Below, piece after piece: positions 1 through 12,073 of a stretch of DNA of 64,000 nucleotides (its first letter is position 1; each line of letters starts with the position of its first letter). The translations under genes and the position numbers were made by a program. Origin of the DNA: Octopus vulgaris (Eukaryota); NCBI GenBank assembly GCA_951406725.2, contig OX597814.1:34286001-34350000 (forward strand), read 5' to 3'. The notes under the pieces are model-generated. The model had not been told where the DNA came from, did not search any database, and saw only the letters and a list, made by a program, of their open reading frames with translations.

Positions 1-870
1 CAGAGTAATATTTGTGCCACATAGAAAAAAAAATTAGACTCTAGCGTGTACAGGAATGAAAAATAAAACACATTAAGTCAAACTGACAAAGCAAATGCCA
101 CACACTCACACACACACACATACACACACACAAACTCACATAGACACAGACACATAGATATAAAAATACATTTAGAAAATCAACAATCCTATAAACAAAC
201 GCAAACTACGACCAACTTGTCTCTCAACCATAAAAGTAATGTAGAGAGTGGAAGAGCAACGAACCAAAGAAAGTCATCCTTCACAATTTGACAAACAAGT
301 CATCTTCATATAATAAAAATAAATCTAATGACAAAACCGGTATGAACAACGAACCGTAAACAAAAGCTTTCCTTTTTTGACAAACATAATTTACGCTCCA
401 AAGAATTACACGCAAGTTTCTCATTCAAGACAAATAACATCCTTTAATAAAGAAGTTTAGAAGGAACAAAAACAAAACACGGATAACTAACAGAAAAATG
501 AAATAACCTGAACATGCCAATGACTAACAAAAATGATGCAACAAAACTTTAAAAAACTCATCAGTTACAGGTATAGCGCCACCAAAAAGAGCCAAACAAT
601 ACAATTAATAAAAATAAAGGATAAAAATTCACGGATAGATATAAAGAAAAATTATACTGAGGTATAGCATTTCTCACCTGACGATCGCAGTGACACGAAG
701 TATGAATCACGAGATTTAAACCATATACTCTTGAATAGGTCTTGAGCCATCCTTTCTTTATTCGTTTCACAAAAAATAACGTCCGAATACAGTATATATA
801 TATATATATATCAAAAGGATGTGTTATAATGCTATTCCACATATACAAAAACAGCCATACCAACAATCCA
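1..870 (+). mobile_element. Heavily decayed Penelope-like element 3' end (GIY-YIG C-terminus plus probable pLTR)
   Basis: Broken A-rich reading frames give KKVILHNLTNKSSSYNKNK and KQKLSFL, resembling the PLE C-terminal EK..IL...LNKR.EL...CRH.NK pattern; many stops and frameshifts. Confidence 0.3.
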
Positions 871-885
871 ACGTACCTCCATCAT

Positions 886-1490
886 CGGTGCGGCGAATAA
901 ACCATCGTCTAAATTACGCAAAAATGAAAATAACACTGATATCTCATTTTAATAGATATATTTACCAAAATTACATAAAAATGTCTTGAAATGCTAAAGA
1001 CTAAATTTATTCAATAAAATCGCTATTGGCTTCAACCACGACCTCCAGCCGACTTCGAAATCTCCTGCAGCTCTTCTGGGCGGTCTCCTTGTTTAAGATG
1101 GTGAATGCTGCCATAGTCCTTGCTTTCATTTCATCTTTAGTTTAGCTAGGAGTTTTGTTGGTCTCTCACTCAACTGCGCCCCACACATAATAATCAAGAG
1201 TGTTGCAGTTTGGGGAGTTAGGTGGTCAGATGTTAGGGAAGACGTGGTTGCAGAAATTGTCTGACAGTCATGACTGGGTTCTCCTGCTTGCGTGGCATGG
1301 TGCAGAGTCCTGTTGCCAGACAGGGTCTTCCAACGGTTACTCTCTTGATCAAGGGTAGCACTACCTCCTCCAGGCACTTAATGTAGGCCTTCGTGTTGAG
1401 TCTGAGGCTAATGATCACTCCAAACTAATGATCACTCCAAACACCATTATGTCGACTGGATGCCTGATTTTTATCACTCTCGGTACATGT
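886..1490 (-). mobile_element. Tc1/mariner DD37D (maT-type) transposase relic, 3' half
   Basis: Minus-strand translation gives LRLNTKAYIKCLEEVVLP and NFCNHVFPNI*PPNSPNCNTLDYYVWGAVE (WPPNSPDLNPLDY-type motif); internal duplication of CTAATGATCACTCCAAA at about 1408-1441. Confidence 0.8.
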
Positions 1491-2752
1491 CCTCAGATTG
1501 CTCTGTATTCAGATTGCGTAAGGTATTTGTAGACATACCTCTTTTGGGTCATTGTTGCATTTTTTGCTAACTCTGTATAATCTTTGTTTCAGAAAATAAT
1601 AATGGCAAACCTTCAGCTTACTCAAGAAATGAAGAGGCATGCTGTTATGGTGGTTATAAAGGCTGAGCATAGTGATTTAGAAATATCTCGAGTTTTAAAA
1701 GATGCCAGATCCTTCGTCTACAAAATTTGTAAGGAGTTAGAGACTCGAGATGGAAACGCATCACCAGTATCAAAGCATAAAAAAGCATTCTAAATGCTCT
1801 GAAACCATCACAACACCTGAATTTATCCAGCAAGTTCAACAGACCATTTATTACAATCTCGTAAAGTCCCCGAGGTCAATTGCAAAAGATCTCCATGTAT
1901 CAGAAGGACCAGTCAGAAATGTTGTCCACGAAGACATCAGATATAAGTCTTATGTGATGAGGAAAGGTCAATTTGTCCGACTAAGCCAAAGAAAATCACT
2001 ACATCAGATCTAAAAGCCTCTTAAACAAACTGAAAAATCCAGCAGAAGATTTGATTTGGTATTTCTCAAACGAGGAAAGCTTCGACCAAAATAAAAAATT
2101 ACAGAAGAAATGACAGATGGTTATGTGCAGACCCTTCAGAAGTTCCAAGTGTTATGCATACAAAATTTCTTGCAACTGTCATGGTTTTAGGGGTTGTCAG
2201 CAATGAAGAATATGTGATGCCTCCTGACTTCTTTCCACTAGGCCTTAGAGTTAACTCTGTCGCCTACAATGAGGTTCTGGAAATAATTGTTAAGCCTTGG
2301 ATAGACAGTGTATGCAATGGAAGGCCATATGTGTTTCAGTAAGACTGCACTATCACACATGGTTGTAGTAACACAGGAATGAATGGCTTAAAATTTTCAT
2401 GAGCACATAACTCCTAACATTTGACCTCCTAATTCCCCAGATCTCAATCCATTGGACTATTACATGTGAAGCGTTGTTGAGAGAGAGGTCAATGAATACG
2501 CTCATAACACCAAAGAATCTATGAATGCTGCCATAGTCAGAGTAAAGTCCAAAATGAACCAGAACTATTTGATTCGAGCATGTAGATGATTTAGGTCATA
2601 TACTGAAGCAGTTGTTGAAGCTGAAGTTTTGTTGAAACTAGTTTGGTGTATATGTAAATAAATTTATTTAAAAGCAATTACGTTTTCAAATTTAGGTGCA
2701 TTTTCAACAACAAATTTGCCTATTTTTTCTTGCGTGGAAGTACACCTTTTAT
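1490..2752 (+). mobile_element. Tc1/mariner DD37D (maT-type) transposon, near full-length pseudogenised transposase (ATG 1602 to about 2640)
   Basis: HTH region (RSIAKDLHVSEGPVRNVVHEDIRYKSY), VMVLGVVSNE, YVFQ*D and PPNSPDLNPLDYY; after frameshift repair I count 37 residues between the 2nd and 3rd catalytic Asp; several stops and frameshifts. Confidence 0.88.
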
Positions 2753-2753
2753 A

Positions 2754-3350
<597 letters not shown>

Positions 3351-3419
3351 TAGATCACAAAAAGAACATTTACAGCTGAGTGAACTGAGCAACGTGGACT
3401 GAAGTATATTTAGTTCATA

Positions 3420-3672
3420 ATACATTTTTGGAGAGATAAGTATACATTTTTATTTAAGAAATAATAATGTATTCTATATAAGTATTGATTGTTAATGATA
3501 ATTTAGATACGTACATTTATTTAATTATTACTATTTTATAATTAATATATCTGAACGTAAATTGTAAAATATCAGTTTGTCACTTTGTGATTTAGATTGT
3601 AAAAATGTTTTAGTATAAGTAAAGGTTTTTATTATATTTCTCGTACTATTGAATTTAATAATAATAATAAAA

Positions 3673-3727
<55 letters not shown>

Positions 3728-4560
3728 GTACTTTTTTCGCAAATAATTTTATAAACAATAAGTTATACGTTTTTAGTTTTGGAATTTTTTATTCTTTATT
3801 TTTTATTTCATAAATATTTTCGGAATGATATCTATAATATTTATTTAAGTAATAATGGAGTAATTTATTTATTTATTTATATGTTTATTGATTGAAAAAT
3901 TATAGATTTCGAATTGTTATATTTGCTGATTATAATTTAGATACGTACTTTTATATGATTTTATAATTTTATTATTTTATAATTATTGTATGTGAACAAA
4001 AATCTAAAAATATTAAGTGTGATTAAAATATTAGAGTATAGCTAATGTAAAGATATTCTATAGTTTAATAATTTTTTTATTAAAGCTAAACTATATCTTC
4101 ACAGATAAATACATTTTTCTATCTATTTAATCTATTTTTTAACCTTAAATATTTAACATGATAAATGTATTATAGGCACCTGTTTCTAATGCTTTAAGTT
4201 TCAAATTAATTAATGGTGTTTCTTCTATAAGAACAATCATGATTTTATTTTGTTTAAGAAATATTGTTTAATTCTATTTGCTTATTTATTTAACTATTAT
4301 TATTATTGCTGACCTGAGGAATGACTATAATTTTAAATTGAATTGTTTTTCGATTAAATTAAAATTTAATTCTAATTCGAATTTAAATTATAGCCATGAA
4401 ACGTACGTAGTCTTTTTACGTATATATTGTTTAGTCATTTTTGTTCTTTTTGTGATCTAGTAATATGTTTAAAAATATTTTTTATTTTTTATTTATGATT
4501 TGGTTTATGTCTATCATTGTTTGAATTGCATAATAGTGGTTTTTCTCTAATTTATATCTA
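3420..4560 (+). mobile_element. Extremely AT-rich PLE-type repeat with an internal diverged duplication (about 3490-3580 vs 3925-4020), ending in a hammerhead motif
   Basis: ATAATTTAGATACGTAC occurs twice; hammerhead at 4311-4412. Confidence 0.45.
4311..4412 (+). ncRNA. Minimal type-I hammerhead ribozyme with extended stem II
   Basis: Stem I GAC/GTC; core CTGAGGA (4314-4320); stem II ATGACTATAATTT / AAATTATAGCCAT (one mismatch); GAAAC 4398-4402; palindromic GTAC loop; GTA cleavage triplet 4407-4409. Confidence 0.78.
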
Positions 4561-4579
4561 TCTATATATTTATATATAT

Positions 4580-5655
4580 TGTTACGGACCACCTGCCGTC
4601 GCTCGGTCGATCAGCGAATGTTTTCGCCACGGAAACTCGGAGAGGAGAGATAGATACAACAACAACAGCAGCAGCAGCACAGAGGCAACTGAGAGAGACA
4701 CAAAGAGGCAAGGCACAACTGGCTTACATTTAACCCTAGTTTATGACAATCAATTGTTACAACATCAATTACATTTAAAGATACATCAGGTAAATACAAG
4801 CAAGTAACAGAATCAACACATCATACAGGTATACCACAGATCAAAGCATTTAAACATGCAGATACAATATAACCGTCCGGTAACAACACATCAAGTTCAA
4901 TACATCAACATTTCAAGAGTACACGTCCGAAGACACAGTTCTATTTCAAAACACATTAAAGGCATATACAGTTCGAAGGACATTAAAGACCTAACAGTTC
5001 AATGTTCATTATACAATGTTCAAATCACAACACTGTACACAATGTCTTTACACAATTCACATTGTTCATTAAATTCCTTTTTACTGTCTCATTTCTTTTC
5101 ACTGTTCAATACATCGATTCTTTTTCTTCACATATCAATACACAATTCACGTACCTTTAGTTCCTACTAGAATAGCCAGTGTCCCATATTGCATCTCATC
5201 TCTCTCAGTACTGCTAACTCCAACTTGCCAAGCTCTTGCCCCGAATTCCCAAATCTTTGCTCCTAATTCCAACCGCTCGCTTTGACGACCAAAATCCGAC
5301 TGTTGCTCTATCACTACACTCAACCTGTCTCTGCACTGCTAATATCCTCTCTATCTGCTCTCAGATGCCTTAATCTGCCTATCTTCATCGACGCTGCTGC
5401 TGTCACTCTCTCATGACAGCTCTCAGATCCTTACTCTGTCATTCTCACTACTTTCTTCTTCCTCTTCTTCACTGTCACTAGATTCTTCCTTACTCTATCT
5501 TCCTCGACCCCTTCTTGACCGGCGAAAGGCCAAAGGTCCCTCCAAAAGCCATTACTCTTCCAGTAAATAAAGGGCTGTAACTTTTTATTCCAGACTTTCC
5601 GTCTCCACTCTCAACAAAGTAGGTCAAGAAATACTGTACCAGCCGAACCACAACA
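4580..5655. mobile_element. Solo LTR (about 1.08 kb, Gypsy-like)
   Basis: Starts TGTTAC, ends CACAACA (TG...CA, TGTT/AACA termini); ATAT on both flanks (4576-4579, 5656-5659); more GC-rich than surroundings; no coding capacity. Confidence 0.6.
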
Positions 5656-5724
5656 ATATATTAAACTACATAAATATACATTATTTACATTTGACGGATA
5701 TTTTCCCTCATCTTGTTTGTTGTT

Positions 5725-5770
5725 AACACAACGTTTCGGCTGATATACCTTCCAGCCGTCATCAGGTGTC
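5725..5770 (-). ncRNA. Minimal type-I hammerhead ribozyme (intact core, one extra nt after A9)
   Basis: Minus strand reads GACAC CTGATGA C GGCTG GAAGGTATAT CAGCC GAAAC GTT GTGTT: stem I GACAC/GTGTT, stem II GGCTG/CAGCC, palindromic AACGTT in place of stem III. Confidence 0.75.
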
Positions 5771-5817
5771 TTGGAGAAATTTCAAACCTGGGTTCTCATT
5801 CCCAAGGTATTTTTCGA

Positions 5818-5882
<65 letters not shown>

Positions 5883-5966
5883 TCACTGATTGGAATCGAA
5901 CTCGGAATCTTGGGGTTAGTAGCCCGCGCTCTTAACCCCAAGATTCCAAGTAGAGACCTGAATGAA

Positions 5967-6027
<61 letters not shown>

Positions 6028-6074
6028 TCGAAAAATACCTTAGGAATGAGAACCCAGATTCGAAATTTCCCCAA

Positions 6075-6120
6075 GACACCTGATGAAGGCTGGAAGGTAT
6101 ATCAGCCAAAACGTTGTGTT
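6075..6120 (+). ncRNA. Hammerhead copy with G12->A substitution (probably inactive)
   Basis: GACAC CTGATGA A GGCTG...CAGCC AAAAC GTT GTGTT; GAAA has become AAAA at 6108. Confidence 0.65.
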
Positions 6121-7038
6121 AACAACAAATAAGATGAGGACAAATATCCGTCAAATGTAAATAATGTAAATAATGTACATAATTCCTCATCTCTTAAATA
6201 TAGAACTGTATTACATAAATGTAATTCAAATTTCATCATAAAAGAGTGTTAGTAACATGTCAGCAATGTAATCTCCTGAGGTTCTTTGAAGCCTGTAGTG
6301 TGAATGAATGACATACTATAACACCTGTGCCGGCAGATCACGCATTGCTGTAGGTAGTTGGAGCCTGTTTTGCGAAGATTGAAGGAAATCACAAGTGAAA
6401 GTCGTGAAATACGATTCAATGTTGTGACATCAGCAAAGTTGCGGCAACATGAAAGTTATCTTGCTTGAGGTCAATGCTAGAATTGCAATATAAACTATTC
6501 TTCAGTATATAATAAAAGTAAGCGCGAAATCCCGTAACCCGAGGTAACCGTAACATGGGGATGTAAATATATATTTACACATGAACATACCATATTTATA
6601 TTATGTATGTTTTTGTATATGCATAAACGTACCACCTTATGCATACATACATACATACATACATACGTATGCGCGCGCGTGTTTCTGTGTGTGTCTGTAT
6701 ACAAGGAAACCGAGAAGTCTTTACTGAGAGTGGTAAACAACCCGTGAAATAGTCCGTCAGTAAGCTCCCTCTCTCTTTTTTTCTGCACATCAATATAAAA
6801 AGAAATTTGTTTACATTCTTATTTCTCCTACAGTAAGGCTTTGTAATACATAAATTTATTTCAGTTTCTCTTGTGTACAATATGTATGTATGTATATATA
6901 TATATATTTATATAAATAAGGATAAGATCGTTATTTAAAATACCGATCTTATCAGGTGGCCAGCATGGGAATAAAAACCTCAATGGTAATAATTATTATT
7001 ACATATATATTATTATATATATAATTATTATATATATA

Positions 7039-7112
<74 letters not shown>

Positions 7113-7148
7113 ATATATATAATATAATATATATATGTATATATATAT

Positions 7149-7534
<386 letters not shown>

Positions 7535-7604
7535 AAATAAGAAAGTAGAGAGAATGCAAAAGCGACAGATATCAGCCGGTAAAGATTCCAGTATATCTAT
7601 TTAT

Positions 7605-7849
<245 letters not shown>

Positions 7850-7865
7850 CACACGTGTGCGTGTG

Positions 7866-8110
7866 TGGTAGATTTCGTGGCTTAGTGATTCGTGTGTTGC
7901 ACTCATGATCGTATGATTGTGGTTTCAATTCCTGGACCGAGCGATGCGTTGTATTTTTGAGCAAAGCACTTCACGCTGTTCCAGTCCTCTTAGTGGAAAG
8001 AATACATAATTCTGCGATGGACCTGCGTCCCATGCAGGGGTGAATAAATACGTTACAAAATCCAGAAAATCAGCCTTTTGATCTTATAGTTTTGGAAGGA
8101 TCTTTGTTCT
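7866..8110 (+). mobile_element. tRNA-derived SINE (family C), decayed; further copies at about 21215-21310 (+) and 25520-25740 (-)
   Basis: GTGGCTTAGTGATT...GGTTTCAATTCCTGGACCGAGCGATGCGTTG...TTGAGCAAAGCACTT, homologous to the copy at 31530-31797. Confidence 0.75.
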
Positions 8111-9165
8111 TGTGTGTGTGTGTGTGTGTGCGCGCGCGTTTACGTACATGTATATATATTTGTCACTGTAATCCATTAAAAATTTAGAGACGCACCCGGA
8201 TAAATATACTCACGTTTGTGTGTCATATATATAAATGAAGGAAAAGCATTAATGCGAATGTTTTGAACAAACACCAATGGAATACAAGTTTTATTTCTCG
8301 ATCGATGCCTTTTCAAATCACCCTCATTCATAATACTCTTTAGAAAGATAGCTTGATATAAAATTTTACTTTTCTACATAAATAGAGTCTAGTTAAATGA
8401 GGTAGCAAATTATTTTTACAACTAGTACATAATCAATCTTTTCTCCCTTGGTAAAGATTTTCCTAGTATTAGAAAAATGACTGCGTATACAAGGAACCAT
8501 TAATTTCTAACCCAACGTTTGAAAAGCATTGACAGCAGTAAGAAAAATTCACAAGAAACGAGAACTATGGTTCACGTTTCATAAATCTATATCGCTGTTC
8601 GTACTACGAAACAAAGTGATGAACGAGACAGCGTTTATTAATTTTTATTATCTATTTTTCTAAGAGTTATTTGCACTCGAAGCATAAATATTCATTTGTG
8701 TGCCGAGTAATTTTATTCTATGTTTAACCCATCTTGGCTTAACGTTTTATTACATCTATCACTTAGCAATTACGTCGTCCATTATAAAACGCCTGTTATA
8801 TTGTTTTTGTGATCTTTTCTTCTAAAATACACCTAATCTACTTCTCTATTGGAAAATATATTTCTGCGTTATTGTTATTTGTGCAATGAACTTCTTAACT
8901 GTTGGGTATATGTATCTTCCATTATAGTTTCTCTCCCATTTCTTTACATACACTCGCGCACAAACGCACATGCATATGTGTCACACCCAAATAAACGCTT
9001 AAATACACACAAACGTGCTACTGTAATAGATTTCATTATATATACGGACATATATACAATATATCGAAGTGGTTAATCATGGCGTAGATTTGCGTTTAAC
9101 TATTCACACCGAAAACAACAGCAAAAGTGTTGTACTAGCTACTTGCGAGTGACGGCTAAGATATG

Positions 9166-9239
<74 letters not shown>

Positions 9240-9671
9240 TTAAAATATGCAAGACTTTTCTAAAGTTCCAAATGTAAATTTGTCTCTGTTAACTACATCC
9301 CAAAGATGGAGCCTTGTTTCTTTGTTGGAAACCGGCTCCCTCCTCAGTGGAAGATTTATAATAATTAAAAAGTAGAAGAGACATACATATGTGTACATAC
9401 ATATATATATTACGGCAGTATGATTTTCACGAATATTGTCTGATATATATATATATTTTTAGGAAGATTTCCCAAGGAAATATAAGGTAAAAATACAAAC
9501 CATCGACTTGTATCATTTCTTCTAACATGCACTGTTTTGGATTTATAACATAAGTTAGAAACATACATACATAAATACATACATGCATGCATACGAACGT
9601 ACATACATACATACATACATACATACACATATACATACATACATACATACATACATGAATACATACATACA

Positions 9672-9703
<32 letters not shown>

Positions 9704-9939
9704 AGAATATTATATCAGACTTAGAAAAATAATGCAGTCGGAACTCTCCTCTCACAAGAAGACAATATCCCACCGCTGAAGTCCCCTTCGCCTTTCATCC
9801 TTTCGGGGTCGATAAGTTAAGTACCAGTTGCATACTGGGTCGATCTAATCGACTTGCCTTTCCCCCCAAATTTCGGGCCTTGTGCCTAGAGTAGAAAAGA
9901 ATATCCCACAATGCATTTGCAGTACCAGTGCTGATTTCA

Positions 9940-10260
9940 ACATTTGGGATACATGACTGGTCTGTAAAAAGAATTCACCCCATAGTTATTAAAATCCGCA
10001 AGATTCTGACATCAACTGAAAATCTCCATTGAAATAGTGATATTGACTCTACCTAAGAAGAGATAAAGGAGGTAGAGGCTTGAAAACACTGCAAATAACC
10101 TTCGGATATCGTATAATCCCTCTCAGACAACACTTGTAAACGAGAGTAGCAGCAAAAATACACATATTTAGTATTGAAAAGTGAAGAAAACAGTGTTGGA
10201 AGCGAGCTCCTAAGGAAGCATTCTTTTCCTGATGACCTCCAATACAACCCTAAATTAGTC
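9940..10260 (+). mobile_element. R4/Dong-like LINE RT C-terminal fragment
   Basis: IRKILTSTENLH*NSDID then, after a frameshift, LYLRRDKGGRGLKTLQ, matching the RLY.PR..GGRGL motif. Confidence 0.6.
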
Positions 10261-10359
10261 GGACTAGCATACTAGTAGCCGGACTGCTACTATAACTACT
10301 GCCTCCACCACTGCTGCCACCACCACCGCAATCACCATCACAACCAACACGAATACCGA

Positions 10360-11060
10360 TAACAATTTTGTCGCGGCTTTGAAGCCAAAGAAAAAATAAT
10401 GCATTTTTCGAAGGAAGAACTGATTGCCTGCAAAGAAATGTTTACAAAAATGAAGTCACTATTCAATTACAGACTCCTGAATACATCACAAAAATATCTA
10501 AAAAAAAAAAACCCCAAAATGTGGGAAAATATTTAAGGCCCATGTGGGCCTTAAAGACTACATAACGAGGGGAACAGGTTTGCAACGATCGAAGTAAGAT
10601 TCGAAAGCGAAGAGCGCGAGCCAAGAACCTCTCCACAAGGTCCTTTCAACATGAAAATCTCTTCATGATCCCTACATACCTTGGTCGTAGGGTCAAAAAA
10701 ATAAAAATAAAAAATGTGCCCCCTGAAATTGAAATAAAATGGCTCGTGTCTGCCATTTGCTATGACATAGAGGATGAAATCCATATATTGGAAATCGCAG
10801 TCCTGGACCAGCAAAACTGGATTGGTCAGGGAGTAGAAATACTTGCCCAAATCGATCTAGCTAATTTTGAAAAAATTCCCCACCGAATCCAATTCACAGA
10901 GGATTCGAGCTTGCATGTAACCGTCGAAGGCAGAAGGCTAAGTTGCTACGTGTGTGGTAGCAAAGCACATTTAAAAACCAACTGTCCACTAGCACAGAAA
11001 CAACAGCAACAACAACGACAACAAGACCACGAAAAAACAACAACAACCACAAGAAAAATA
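10360..11060 (+). mobile_element. LINE ORF1 (gag-like) pseudogene with CCHC zinc knuckle
   Basis: ORF 10665-11090: IPTYLGRRVKKIKIKNVPPEI...VTVEGRRLSCYVCGSKAHLKTNCP (CX2CX4HX4C); upstream part frameshifted. Confidence 0.75.
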
Positions 11061-11139
11061 TTTTCGCTGTGCATGAGTGCATTTCTTTAGTTATGAGTGT
11101 ATAGGAATGATCTTTCGTGATACCTCTCCTCTCTCCATA

Positions 11140-11187
<48 letters not shown>

Positions 11188-11252
11188 CATACACAAAGTA
11201 CACATAGACACGAACACATACAGTACACTTAGACTCACACATACATACGCAT

Positions 11253-11303
<51 letters not shown>

Positions 11304-11871
11304 CTATCTCTCTTTCACTCACACACAGAGGCACATACACACACACCTAACGGCGCTCTCTAATTTCAAGCTATTAATTTTTAAGATTTACTCCATAACT
11401 TTTGCGGAAATAGTTGTCCTACATTCATCAAGCTCTATAACATCTAGCAACCATCTAATTACTAACCCTTTCATGTGACTCGAACTACCTAATACTAACA
11501 CGCTTTATATATCATTCAATGAAAGCCTTTTTAAAATCCATGGTTGCTTCATTACTTAATGTACTCGCATCCGAAAGTTAAGACATGCTTTCTGCATCTG
11601 TGAAACTATGAGTAATGCAGCTCTAATTCTAATTGTTAATACGCACATAAATTCACACCCACTCACACACGTACACACAAACACTTAAACAGGTATGTGC
11701 TTGAGTGAATGTATACATTATATATATCACCGTGATCACCGTGACCGACCAGGCTATCAGATGTTGCTACACATCGCTGGTCACAATGCGCTTCGCATTG
11801 TTTTAGCCTTCAAATGACGCCAGCCCGCTGGCTAAGCGAGCAGGCCATTATATATATATATATATATATAA

Positions 11872-11944
<73 letters not shown>

Positions 11945-12021
11945 GCAAAAACTGTCCGATGAACGGCAACGGGAAACTCAGAGTAACAGGTTTTGTTGAA
12001 TTTTCTGCTGCTTTAAATAAA

Positions 12022-12070
<49 letters not shown>

Positions 12071-12073
<3 letters not shown>

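Larger units (their letters stand above)
5677..6208. mobile_element. Fold-back (inverted) pair of a tRNA-headed, (AAT)n-containing, hammerhead-bearing SINE-like unit
   Basis: 5677-5918 is the reverse complement of about 5932-6168; minus-strand head GGTTAAGAGCGCGGGCTACTAACCCCAAGATTCCGAGTTCGATTCC has a B-box; both arms contain hammerhead motifs. Confidence 0.8.

Noticed and set aside
672-710. CTGACGA TCGCAGTGACAC GAAG possible hammerhead
   Set aside because: No convincing stem II, GAAA missing, no stem I partner; at best a heavily decayed relic.
5762-6109. Mirror-image ORFs on both strands with poly-L and poly-N (signal-peptide-like)
   Set aside because: An artefact of the fold-back and the (AAT)n tract.
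6230-6480. Minus-strand QLPTAMRDL...FKE resembling a Helitron Rep/helicase segment
   Set aside because: Too short and frameshifted to support without a profile search.
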